Source: Dehalococcoidia bacterium
GTDB lineage: Bacteria; Chloroflexota; Dehalococcoidia; Lucifugimonadales; G965248475
Reading direction: 5' to 3'
DNA: 64,000 nucleotides
Assembly (NCBI GenBank): GCA_965248475.1
Contig: OZ252106.1
Span: forward strand, 1,583,640-1,647,639
Shown: positions 32,243-41,733 of the stretch, piece after piece
Layout: every line of letters begins with the position of its first letter
Position numbering within the stretch: the first letter of the stretch is position 1
Program-made: the position numbers and the translations under genes
The notes under the pieces: generated by a model
Database searches by the model: none
The model's input: the letters and a program-made list of their open reading frames with translations, nothing else
What the model was told of the DNA's origin: nothing

Positions 32243-32562
32243 ATGGACAGCTGGTACGGCCTGGTCGTCGCTGCGACCGGCAGCGGGGCAGGCATGACGA
32301 TCGGAGTGATCGACTTCGTATCAGTGTCCGCAGCCCAGGAGCATTACGGGCTCGTGATGGAAGGGTTGGTGAACATGACCACGCCTATTGGAGACGCCTC
32401 TGCCGAGCTAGAGGTGAACGCCCAGGGCATTGGCAGCATGCTTGTATTCATATACGGGGCAAGGTTGTATCACTGCATACGGCACAGGCAGCGGAGGATG
32501 AGCCGCTGGTCTCCCTGAAGGGCCTGAAGGATTTGGCTGATCTCGTGATAAGCAGGCTGTAA
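32243..32562 (+). pseudogene. Hypothetical protein, frameshifted at a G4 run; in frame with the upstream gene across TAG
   Basis: After ..GSMLVFIYG the frame breaks at 32456..32459. With one extra G it reads GKVVSLHTAQAAEDEPLVSLKGLKDLADLVISRL-TAA (32560..32562). Confidence 0.5.
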
Positions 32563-32620
32563 GAGACGTTGGTCCCTTGCCCTCGACCCGCTCGACCGCA
32601 CCTCCTATATGAATAGCAGC

Positions 32621-33325
32621 CTACGCCTCAGCAGTGTCTGCAGCGGGCTCTCGTAGCCGCAGCATGATCACCCCCGTGGCCAACAGCAACAGCCCCCCAC
32701 CAATGAATCCGATGATGCTGAAGACCCGAAACGCATCCGAGGCCGGCTCCAACAGTCCCAGGAACCTCAGAAGGGCGACTCCCAGGCCCAGCCACCCCAA
32801 CCACTTGGGCAGCACCGACGTTCGAAGGATAGCGAGAGCGAAGAGTCCGCCGCCGATGCCTTGTAAAGGGTGGTCCGCTACGAACTCGGCTAGCACACCC
32901 ATTCCGAGAAGGGTGGTGGCCATCATCTCCAGGGCGGGCCGGATGGCTTCACCTGCCTCTGCATAGCCCGGCGCCAGTTCGTAGGCCACACCCAGTACGA
33001 CCAGGAGCTGGGCAATGATAAGGAGGGAGCTGGCGATGGTGGCCACCACTGCTATCCACAGCAGGGGTCCCGCCCGGCGCAATGCCTGATAGAGCCCCAA
33101 GGCGAAGCCCATCGCGAGCACAACGCCGAGGATCTTGAGCCATACCTCAGTCACGAGGCCGGTTCTATTGCGGTCCACATCCAGCAGCCACTGCCCGGGG
33201 TCATCGGGCACCCACCGATACCCAGGTAGGTCACCTGCGTCGTGGATGGCGGTGGCCACAATAAAGGCCACAGCAGCCAGGATGGCGCACACGCCCCCGA
33301 CTCTGATAAGGCTCATACTCCCCAT
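32621..33325 (-). CDS. DUF4386-like integral membrane protein
   Basis: GGAGGAGG before ATG 33325. Six or more TM segments. VLPKWLGWLGLGVALL motif. Confidence 0.7.
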   Translation of the reverse strand: MGSMSLIRVGGVCAILAAVAFIVATAIHDAGDLPGYRWVPDDPGQWLLDVDRNRTGLVTEVWLKILGVVLAMGFALGLYQALRRAGPLLWIAVVATIASSLLIIAQLLVVLGVAYELAPGYAEAGEAIRPALEMMATTLLGMGVLAEFVADHPLQGIGGGLFALAILRTSVLPKWLGWLGLGVALLRFLGLLEPASDAFRVFSIIGFIGGGLLLLATGVIMLRLREPAADTAEA

Positions 33326-33501
33326 GGCTACCTCCTCCACCTGTCGGGCATAATCGCCAATACCATGCGCGCCTGCTCCCTCGGCAGGGTGCGCTTGTTG
33401 CGAAATAATAGCACTGCCAGCAGGTGCGGCGAGGTAAGAGACGGCTCGAATCGACCAGGAGGGCCGTCGTTGGAACGCGTACATTGTCATAGAAGGTTGG
33501 C

Positions 33502-34242
33502 CTACCGTTCGCCTCCAATAAGGAACAACGAACCCGCAGCCAGGAGCACCGCGTCAATGATCAACGGGAACCTGGCGGCCGGCAGGCGAATCAGGATCTG
33601 TTTGCCCAGGTACGATCCAGCGAACATTACGGTGCCTATGGCGACTCCCACCAACCCGATCTGCAGGTCCATGAGGCTGAAGCTACCGTACACCCCCAAC
33701 TTAGTGACGTGCATCATCACAGTAGCCAGGGCTTCGGTCCCTATATACGCACCACTGACCAGCCCGTGGGCGAGGAAAAATGGCGCCATGAACGGCCCCA
33801 CTACACCAACCACGGCGGATATGGCACCAGAGATTATTCCCAGTGGGAGGAAGCCTTTCAGGCCGATCCTAGTATCGCTGCCCCATGGAGTATGCCGGTA
33901 GACGACCATGAGCAGCAGAAACAGCCCCAACAGACGGACCAGGGCACCAGTGGGAGCGGTGGCAAATATTATTCCACCCACCACTGCTGAAGGAACCGCT
34001 CCATACCCGAACCATTTGACTACGTTAAATGACAACTCAGTCCTGTTGAACCATACCCTGGACAGGTTGCCCATCAGCTGGGCGATGGTGAGAATTGGAA
34101 CGGCGTCACCTATCCCAAAGCGCCACACCAGGACAGGGAGCATCACAGCGGCGCCCCCAAATCCGGCGGCGGCGGCGAGAGTCGATGCGAACAGGGCAGC
34201 GGCGCCGATGGCGAGGGCTGCTAGGACATCTTCCAATAGCAT
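33502..34242 (-). CDS. TauE/SafE family sulfite/anion exporter
   Basis: 246 aa, 7-8 TM. AAGFGGAAVMLPVL and duplicated half-repeats typical of TauE/SafE. Confidence 0.88.
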   Translation of the reverse strand: MLLEDVLAALAIGAAALFASTLAAAAGFGGAAVMLPVLVWRFGIGDAVPILTIAQLMGNLSRVWFNRTELSFNVVKWFGYGAVPSAVVGGIIFATAPTGALVRLLGLFLLLMVVYRHTPWGSDTRIGLKGFLPLGIISGAISAVVGVVGPFMAPFFLAHGLVSGAYIGTEALATVMMHVTKLGVYGSFSLMDLQIGLVGVAIGTVMFAGSYLGKQILIRLPAARFPLIIDAVLLAAGSLFLIGGER

Positions 34243-34246
34243 CCTT

Positions 34247-34282
34247 TCAAATCAAACTCAGATCGGGTCAAATCAAACTCAG
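34247..34282. repeat. 15-nt direct repeat x2 immediately upstream of the tauE-like start
   Basis: TCAAATCAAACTCAG occurs at 34247..34261 and 34268..34282 (21-bp period). The proximal copy ends 5 nt from ATG 34242. Confidence 0.8.
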
Positions 34283-34519
34283 GCCCGGTTAGAATGCGTC
34301 ATTATAAGACCAATATCGGCGGACTTGCAGGAAGTGCAATCGATGGTGCAAGGCACGACGTTGTGGAGCAAGATAATATTTATTGACAGGGTAGGCAGGC
34401 TGTGCTACCTTGGCCGAGCTTCGCCAATGTGCGTCGCAAAGAGGGTTGCTTCCTGTGCTATGTAACTAGGAAGCGGTTGAGTTCCGGCGTTCTTCTGACA
34501 TTCTAGGGAGGGAAGCGGT

Positions 34520-35644
34520 ATGCAGACAACTAAGAACCCGCTGGAGACTGAGTTCACCAAGGATTTTGGTCTGGAGTACCCGATAGTCTCATTCGGCCAC
34601 TGCAGGGATGTGGTTATCGAGATAACAAATGCTGGCGGATTCGGCGTGTACGGCGTCGCCGGTATGACTCCCGACGAAATAGACCGGGAACTCACGTGGA
34701 TCGAAGAGAAGGTAGGGGGCAAGCCCTTTGGCGTTGACGTCATTGTGTCCGGCTCTATGCCTCAGACAGGTAACCGTGAGGACTTTGAACAGCAGATTCC
34801 CGACGAGCACTGGGCATGGATCCAGAAGCTCCGGGAGGAGTTCGGGATTCCCGACTTCCGCCACCCTGACGGTACGGTCATCAACGGCAGGCCCAGGGGA
34901 GAGCGGATTGCCACGCAGGAGAACACCAGGGCCCAGCTAGAGGTGCTCCTGGAGCACAGGGTCCCTCTGTTTGCCTGTGCGCAGGGAAACCCGGCATTCA
35001 TCATTCCTGAGATGCACAACAGAGGAGTCAAGGTCCTTGGCCTCATTGGCTTGGTGCGGCAGGCACGGCGTGAGCACGAGGCTGGGATTGACTACATCGT
35101 AGCGCACGGCCAGGATGGCGGGGGGCACTGCGGCCCCATAGGTACGTTCACTCTGACGCCCCAGGTGGTGAAGGCGTGCCCTGGTACCAAGGTCCTAGCC
35201 GCTGGCGGCGTCGGGTGCGGCAGGCAGGTGGCCGCCGCTCTGATGCTGGGCGCACAGGGAGTATGGACCGGTACGGCATGGCTGACCTCCAGGGAGCACG
35301 ACATAGCTCCCAAGGCGCAGGCCAAGATACTCGCGGCGCGCAGCGAAGACACGATACGCACCAACTGGGGCGATGGCGCCTTCAGGCGGCACGTGACGGG
35401 CCCGTTGGACCTGCGATGGAATGACCCTGATGCGCCACCCGTTCTGCCGCGTCCCATGCAATCCATGCTCACCCGCGAGCTGACGTTGCAGATCGCCGAC
35501 AATGATGTCGAGGAGGTTTACTACCCGACCGGAACCGGCCAAGGTGCGGGTCTACTGGATGAGGTGAAGCCGGCCCGGCAGATTATGGAAGAGTGGGCAA
35601 ACGAATGTCTGGAGGCCTTTGAAGAGCGTGGTATGCTCTCCTAG
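34520..35644 (+). CDS. Nitronate monooxygenase / FabK-like FMN oxidoreductase family protein
   Basis: TIM-barrel NMO motifs: YPIVSFGH, HGQDGGGHCG, LAAGGVGCGRQVAAALMLGAQGVWTGTAWL. SD GGGAGGGAAG. Confidence 0.85.
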   Translation: MQTTKNPLETEFTKDFGLEYPIVSFGHCRDVVIEITNAGGFGVYGVAGMTPDEIDRELTWIEEKVGGKPFGVDVIVSGSMPQTGNREDFEQQIPDEHWAWIQKLREEFGIPDFRHPDGTVINGRPRGERIATQENTRAQLEVLLEHRVPLFACAQGNPAFIIPEMHNRGVKVLGLIGLVRQARREHEAGIDYIVAHGQDGGGHCGPIGTFTLTPQVVKACPGTKVLAAGGVGCGRQVAAALMLGAQGVWTGTAWLTSREHDIAPKAQAKILAARSEDTIRTNWGDGAFRRHVTGPLDLRWNDPDAPPVLPRPMQSMLTRELTLQIADNDVEEVYYPTGTGQGAGLLDEVKPARQIMEEWANECLEAFEERGMLS

Positions 35645-35730
35645 GCTCGATGCCTACCGATAAGCGTCTAAGGCAGGCCTGTGCTAGCGGCACAGCCTGC
35701 CTTAGCTGTTTTCTACGAGGGGTATAGGGT

Positions 35731-36066
35731 ATGCAAGATCCAGCGACCGAAGACAAGTCTGAGCGCAAATACGGCATAGACGAGTCGATGAAGGGCCAAT
35801 ATGCTGAATGCGACGGTGGGGCGTCGCAGCCCACTATTTTGCCGAATGGCGAATGGGGCCTGATGCCAAGCAGGGAGACATTCAAGGGAGTGCTCACGGG
35901 ACTGTATTTCGATCAAGGCGATCCACCCTGGCGCTGGTACGAAATGGTGATCCTGCACGAACGCCCGGAGGGGTACATGGACGAAACCGTCTGGTGCGAG
36001 CCCGGTTTCTTGTTCCTTGTGGGCGACGAGGAAGCCGACGGGGCGTGGAAGAAGCGCATGCCGTAG
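35731..36066 (+). CDS. Hypothetical protein
   Basis: GAGGGG SD before ATG. 111 aa with protein-like composition. No family recognised. Confidence 0.45.
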   Translation: MQDPATEDKSERKYGIDESMKGQYAECDGGASQPTILPNGEWGLMPSRETFKGVLTGLYFDQGDPPWRWYEMVILHERPEGYMDETVWCEPGFLFLVGDEEADGAWKKRMP

Positions 36067-36141
36067 GCTTTTCCGCTCTGGTAGAGTGTATGCGACGCGC
36101 AGATCGGACATCCAAATCAGCGGTCAATAAATGGAGAAGCT

Positions 36142-36963
36142 ATGCTAAAGATAGCTGTTCTGGCGAAGGAAGTACCGGACTCATATATCGTGGATGCGTT
36201 TGCGTTCGCCGGGCGTCTCCAGTTGGACACCGACACGAAGACCATACGGACGGAAGGCATTGCTACCGGCATGAACGCCTATGACGAGCAGGCCGTGGAA
36301 GCGGCCATGCGGCTCCGTGACGTTCAGGTTGAGTGCACCATCCAGGTGCTGTCTGTAGGAGGCACTGCCCCGGAGCGGCTTTTCCAGCGGGCCTTCGCAT
36401 TGGGCGTCGACGAGTGCTACCACCTGGAGGACAGCGGTTTTGAGGGGGCGGACAGTGCAGGTTTCTCTCATATTCTAGCGGCGGCCATTACTCATCTGGG
36501 CGGCGCCGATCTGGTCCTGTGCGGCCGTCAGAGCAGCGACTTCGACCAGGGTGTCGTAGGTCCAACCGTGGCGGCTCTTCTGGATATGCCATGCGTATCC
36601 ATTGCCAGGGATATTCAGATGGTCTCCGCCGAAGTCGCACGTGTGATCCGTGTCACTCCGGAGGGTGACGAGACGGTGGACGTGGAGCTACCGGGAGTGG
36701 TGACCATCAGCAACGAATTGGGGCCACCGCGCTATCCCACGGCGATGGCTAACTTTGCCGCACGGCGAAAACAGGTGACTCCACTCTCTGCGGCGGATAT
36801 CGGCTTCGACATAGCACGAGTCGCTACGTCGGTGGAGCGGGTCCGCAGGTCGGACATCAATATCCCAGAGCAGCGCGGTACATGCGAGTTCCTGGAGGGA
36901 AGCGATGCAAGCGAGGTAGCTGCAAAGCTCGCACAGCTTCTCAGGGCAGACGGTGTCATCTAG
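36142..36963 (+). CDS. etfB: Electron transfer flavoprotein beta subunit
   Basis: MLKIAVLAKEVPD N-terminus and DLVLCGRQSSDFDQGVVGP motif. Followed by etfA. Confidence 0.9.
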   Translation: MLKIAVLAKEVPDSYIVDAFAFAGRLQLDTDTKTIRTEGIATGMNAYDEQAVEAAMRLRDVQVECTIQVLSVGGTAPERLFQRAFALGVDECYHLEDSGFEGADSAGFSHILAAAITHLGGADLVLCGRQSSDFDQGVVGPTVAALLDMPCVSIARDIQMVSAEVARVIRVTPEGDETVDVELPGVVTISNELGPPRYPTAMANFAARRKQVTPLSAADIGFDIARVATSVERVRRSDINIPEQRGTCEFLEGSDASEVAAKLAQLLRADGVI

Positions 36964-37067
36964 GATTAGAGGGCAGGCGGTCCGCACCTTTGCGGGTCAT
37001 TGGCGCTCTTAGGTAGCGGCAGTCCGGGAGTTGGAGAGGGTTAGCCCAAGACCCGAGAGGAGCAAGA

Positions 37068-38066
37068 ATGGTTAGCAGCAAGTCGATTCTTATAACCGCG
37101 CAGAACGAGGGCGGGCGCTTGGCGCCCGTTGTTTTTGACGCGGCATCCGTAGCCAGGAAGCTGGCAGAGGAAGCCGGCGGCTCAGTAGCAGCGGTACTGA
37201 CTGGCCCACCAGGAACGGAGACCCTGGCAGAGGAGCTATGGGCCGCTGGTGTGGCAGACGTATACGTTGCGGAGCACGCCAGCCTGACTGAGCCCCAACC
37301 TGAGCCACACGCCCTGGCAACGGCGGCGGCCATACAGCAGGCAGACCCATCCCTGGTGATCGTGGGACAGACCTTTTTGGGCAGGGACATGGCTCCATAT
37401 CTGGCTGCCAAGTTGGATGTCGGTATCTTGATGAACGCCACAGATATCCGCCACAACTCCTCCGGTGAAACGGAGGCTGTGTGCCCAATCTACGGAGGCG
37501 GCGTAACGGCCATTTACCAGGTATCGGAATCCCCTCCAACGGTGGTGGGTTTCCAGCCTGTGGTCAAGAGTGCGGAGGAACGTGTGAACCACGGCCCCGG
37601 CAGAGTGATATCGGTCGACGCAGGGCTAGGGGAGTTCAAAGATAGGGTAAAGGTGGTAGAAAGGGCTACTGCCAGCGGACCGCGACTGGACGAAGCCAAA
37701 GTCGTGGTATCCGGGGGCATGGGGATCGGAGACGCGGACAACTACAAGCACATAGTGGAGGTGGCGCAGGTGCTGGGCGGCCTGCCCGGCGCATCACGAG
37801 CCATTGTAGATCTAGGATGGGCCACCAAGGCACAGCAGGTGGGCCTCACGGGCACCAGGGTCTTCCCTGATCTCTACATGGCCGTAGGGATCTCAGGAGC
37901 CAGCCAGCACCTGGTAGGCATGTCCACCTCCAAGGTAATCGTGGCTGTGAATACAGATACCGGAGCTCCAATATTCACATACGCCCGCTATGGAGTCACA
38001 CTGAGCTGCCTGGAGTTTCTTCCGGCTTTCATAGAGGAATGCCGCAAGCTGAAGAGCGCATCCTGA
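37068..38066 (+). CDS. etfA: Electron transfer flavoprotein alpha subunit
   Basis: C-terminal FAD-binding region VVVSGGMGIG...YMAVGISGASQHLVGM...IVAVNTD. Confidence 0.9.
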   Translation: MVSSKSILITAQNEGGRLAPVVFDAASVARKLAEEAGGSVAAVLTGPPGTETLAEELWAAGVADVYVAEHASLTEPQPEPHALATAAAIQQADPSLVIVGQTFLGRDMAPYLAAKLDVGILMNATDIRHNSSGETEAVCPIYGGGVTAIYQVSESPPTVVGFQPVVKSAEERVNHGPGRVISVDAGLGEFKDRVKVVERATASGPRLDEAKVVVSGGMGIGDADNYKHIVEVAQVLGGLPGASRAIVDLGWATKAQQVGLTGTRVFPDLYMAVGISGASQHLVGMSTSKVIVAVNTDTGAPIFTYARYGVTLSCLEFLPAFIEECRKLKSAS

Positions 38067-38113
38067 GCTAGCGACACCAGGCATGCGACTCTCAGAGACG
38101 ACGAACTAACCAC

Positions 38114-38746
38114 TTGTTGATCGATCTCCACAACCACACCCGTCACCTTTCCATGGATAGCGGCCTGGATCTGAGCGCTTTGCTACCGACAGCCAAAGAG
38201 CGCGGCCTGGACGGTGTCTGCCTGACGGAACACAACGCCGTGTGGCAAAACGCAGAGCGATTGAAGGAGGCGGGGGAACTGTACGGGATAGCCGTATTCC
38301 GCGGCATGGAGGTCAACACGCAGTACGGCCACGTCCTGGTATTCGGGCTTGAGAGATTCCATAACTCCATGTTCAACTTCGAAGAGCTTTGCAAAGCGGT
38401 GGAGTCAGAAGGCGGAGTGCTGGTCCTGGCCCACCCTCAATGGAGAAGTATGGGTCGTCCGCCGACACCTGAAATTATCGCGGAACATTTCCACGGCATC
38501 GAGGTACTGAACGGGGAGATTTCCAGCGACGCAAGCAGCTACGTGGAAACCATGGCCGAACGGTACGGTAAGTTCGGCACCGGCGGCAGCGACTCGCACA
38601 GCGTGGAGGCGATTGGCAGGTGTGCCACCGTCTTTGAGAACGCAGTAACGACCGACGAGGAGATGGTGGCTGAGATGCGGGCGGGACGCGTCAGCGCCGT
38701 CCGCCTGGCCCCTCCCAACAGCGGTAACGAACGCGACAAGCGCTAG
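38114..38746 (+). CDS. PHP-domain metal-dependent phosphoesterase
   Basis: IDLHNHTRHLSMD, CLTEHN, LAHP and GGSDSH His/Asp motifs. TTG start. Confidence 0.85.
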   Translation: MLIDLHNHTRHLSMDSGLDLSALLPTAKERGLDGVCLTEHNAVWQNAERLKEAGELYGIAVFRGMEVNTQYGHVLVFGLERFHNSMFNFEELCKAVESEGGVLVLAHPQWRSMGRPPTPEIIAEHFHGIEVLNGEISSDASSYVETMAERYGKFGTGGSDSHSVEAIGRCATVFENAVTTDEEMVAEMRAGRVSAVRLAPPNSGNERDKR

Positions 38747-38816
38747 TACGCTGTTCGGCCGCCATTATCCCATTGACCGACTAGCCGCTGGCAGACTGGC
38801 CCGACGCGCTGATCAA

Positions 38817-40097
38817 TCAGCGCGCAACCACACCTGGTGCGAAGTCCAAGCCGATGTGCCCTGTTTCAACCAACTTTTCGTACTCGGCGTCGCTCACTCC
38901 CAGCACATCCTTGTAGATATATTCGTTGTCTTCCCCAAGCCGCACCGGGGGACGCCTGACGACCAGGGGAGCGTTCCTCAACTGGGCAATGGCCCCAGGA
39001 TACATGTAGGTGCCAGTATCTTCCTGAGGCTCCTCCACCAGGTATCCCCTAGCCGTCATGTGAGGATCTTGAAATACCGCAGCTTCATCCATCACAGGCC
39101 CCGCGGCTATACCTACCTTCTGCAGGAGGTGCATGACTTCATAATAGTCGTGTTGTTTGGTCCAGGACTCTACCAGCTTTTCCAGCTCATCCTCGTTCTT
39201 GCGTCGGCTCAACGGGTCCGCGAACCGCGAATCGTGTACCCAATCCTCTCCCACCACCTCACAGAACCCCTCCCACTGCTTATCGTCGAACACGCATATG
39301 CTGACCCAGTTGTCCTCGCCCAGGCAGCGGAAATTGCCTGATGGGACGGCGACCGGGTCTCTGTTGCCCAAGGTTCCCTGCACTCTACCGTTCATTGTGT
39401 AGTCCATGAACGGTTGGGGGTTATAGGTAATGAACTGCTCAAAAAGCGCCATGTCTATGAGCTGCCCTTTGCCTGTACGGTCGCGGTAGTTCAGGGCCGA
39501 AGCGATGGCGAAAACCGCTGCAATGCCCATCGCCGGGTCTGCCGCCGAGGCGCCGGGAAGCTCAGTCGGGTCCAGGTCCCGGTATCCACGCGTAGAAGCC
39601 TGGCCTCCAAGGGCATCTATGCCGTTGGCCTGGGCCCTGTAGTTGCGATAGGGCCCGTCATCGCCGTACCCTGAAATCTTGGCGTAGATGATATCGGGCT
39701 TCTCCTCCTTGAGCATCTCATAGCTGATGCCCAGGTGGTCCAGCGCACTGGGGACGTAGTTGGAGACGAAGACGTCACTTACCCTCACCAAACGCTTGAA
39801 AATCTCCATGCCTTCCGGCTTGGTTATATCTACCGTCATACCGTGTTTGTTGCGCGCCATGGAGTTGAATGTCGCATGCCTGTTCCAGGGCCGCTCCCCC
39901 GGATCGTCATTGGGGTAGCCTGGAGCGCCTTGACGTGGGTGGACGTACAGTCCACGGGTGAAGGGCGGGAAGTGTTGGATGGACTCCACCCTTATCACCT
40001 CTGCCCCATAGTCAGCCAGGAACATTTCTGAGTAGGGCCCGGCAAGAATCACCGTCATACCCAGCACTCGAATTCCCTCTAGCGGCAGTTGTCCCAT
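38817..40097 (-). CDS. Family III CoA-transferase (CaiB/BaiF-type)
   Basis: LEGIRVLGMTVILAGPYSEMFLADYGAEVIRVE N-terminal signature. 426 aa. Confidence 0.9.
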   Translation of the reverse strand: MGQLPLEGIRVLGMTVILAGPYSEMFLADYGAEVIRVESIQHFPPFTRGLYVHPRQGAPGYPNDDPGERPWNRHATFNSMARNKHGMTVDITKPEGMEIFKRLVRVSDVFVSNYVPSALDHLGISYEMLKEEKPDIIYAKISGYGDDGPYRNYRAQANGIDALGGQASTRGYRDLDPTELPGASAADPAMGIAAVFAIASALNYRDRTGKGQLIDMALFEQFITYNPQPFMDYTMNGRVQGTLGNRDPVAVPSGNFRCLGEDNWVSICVFDDKQWEGFCEVVGEDWVHDSRFADPLSRRKNEDELEKLVESWTKQHDYYEVMHLLQKVGIAAGPVMDEAAVFQDPHMTARGYLVEEPQEDTGTYMYPGAIAQLRNAPLVVRRPPVRLGEDNEYIYKDVLGVSDAEYEKLVETGHIGLDFAPGVVAR

Positions 40098-40127
40098 AGC
40101 GCACCTCCTGTGGGGGTAACGTAAAAC

Positions 40128-41345
40128 CTATATGATCCGGCTTTCCCTGAGCATGATCTGGTCCTCTTTGCCGTATCCCAACTCCGAATACACTTCAGCG
40201 TTGTGTTGCCCGAGCAGCGGCGCGGGACGCCGCATTACCCAGGGAGTCTCCTGCATGACAAAGGGCCGTCCAGGATACTTGACCTTCCCTGTCATTGGGT
40301 GGTCGACTTCAACGAAGAAATCCCTGAAACTAGCCTGGGGGTCTTCCAATACCTCGTCAATGTTGTTCATGGGGGCGCAAACGTTGCCGCTCGCTTGCCC
40401 CAGCTCAAAGACCTCCTGTTTGGTGTGGTCCATTAACCAGGAAAGAAAGTAAGCCTCGTACTCCTCCCGCACCTCGGGGTCACCCATAGTTTCCGGGTCG
40501 TAGAACTTGGGGTCAGTCAGCTCAGGGGGGTCCCCCATCATCCTCGTCTGCCTCTCCAGGCGGACGCCACCATAGAAATGCACATACCCATCGGCGCAGG
40601 GAAACATTCCAGAGCCGGTGCCGGCGGCCCCAATACCCATGGGGTTACCCCTGGGGGCGACTTTGCCGGAGTACTGATATTGGACCAGCGCCGACACCCT
40701 ACCATCCATAGTACCCATCTGCGTGTCCATGATGGATACGTCTACGTAGTCCCCCGTACCGTGGCGGCTCATCCCGTAATAGGCGACTGCGGTTGCCATA
40801 GCGGCAACCGCGCCGGCGTGGTAGAGGGATGGTGTCGCACCGTATTTCATGGGTTCTCTATCCGGGGCGCCCCTGTGATACATAGGCCCGCCCATACCAA
40901 ATGCCATAAGCTCAGTCATTTCGTACTCTTTGTACGGGCCGGTCTGGCCAAAGGGGGTTATAGATGTCATGACCAGCCTGGGGTTTACCTTCTCAAGGTC
41001 CTCGTATGCAAGGCCCAGGCCCTCCATGACGCCGGGGGTGAAACTTTCGACCACCACGTCTGCCTTCTTCACCAGGTCCAGGAAGATCTGCTTTCCCAGC
41101 CTGGTCGTGAGGTCGAGAGTAATGCCCCTCTTGTTGGTGTTAAGGTAGAGGAAGAGGCCACTTTTCTCCAGGTGAGGCTCATCATGGAAGAAGGGGCCCA
41201 TGTTCCTGGCGCCGTCGCCGGTTCCGGGGTGCTCGATCTTAAGGACGTCTGCGCCGTAGTCTGCCAAGCGCTTGGTGCACACTGGCCCGGCTATGTAGTC
41301 GGTCAGGTCTACCACATTCATACCCGACAGCGCTTGATCCACCAT
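40128..41345 (-). CDS. Family III CoA-transferase (CaiB/BaiF-type)
   Basis: LSGMNVVDLTDYIAGPVCTKRLADYGADVLKIEHP signature. SD AGGAGGGAG. Confidence 0.9.
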   Translation of the reverse strand: MVDQALSGMNVVDLTDYIAGPVCTKRLADYGADVLKIEHPGTGDGARNMGPFFHDEPHLEKSGLFLYLNTNKRGITLDLTTRLGKQIFLDLVKKADVVVESFTPGVMEGLGLAYEDLEKVNPRLVMTSITPFGQTGPYKEYEMTELMAFGMGGPMYHRGAPDREPMKYGATPSLYHAGAVAAMATAVAYYGMSRHGTGDYVDVSIMDTQMGTMDGRVSALVQYQYSGKVAPRGNPMGIGAAGTGSGMFPCADGYVHFYGGVRLERQTRMMGDPPELTDPKFYDPETMGDPEVREEYEAYFLSWLMDHTKQEVFELGQASGNVCAPMNNIDEVLEDPQASFRDFFVEVDHPMTGKVKYPGRPFVMQETPWVMRRPAPLLGQHNAEVYSELGYGKEDQIMLRESRII

Positions 41346-41733
41346 GGCTCGATCTCCCTCCTGGTCAAGGGCCTAGGTCAAGGGCTAATTCAATCTCCAG
41401 CCCCTGTTCCCTCCTCTGACTGCCAGAGTATACCCCAATGTTGATATGTCCACCAGTTGTTTTCCCCTGGCTGATCTACGTCGTCTTATTGGCGCCCTCC
41501 AAGTTCAAACAGGCAGCTTGGATCCAACCTGTCTCCAGCCTGTGCCCTCCTTGATATGCCACATGTACCACCTAATATGCATTCCTCCACGGAGAAGCCA
41601 TTATTGGCCGATGGCAATTATCCTGCCTGATCGCTAACATACCGTTTCGGAGCACCCAAGCGAATCTGTCATACTGTGACCTGCTAACCTGCCTGGGCCA
41701 TAAGCATGGAACTGTGAATTTTCAGGGAGTACG

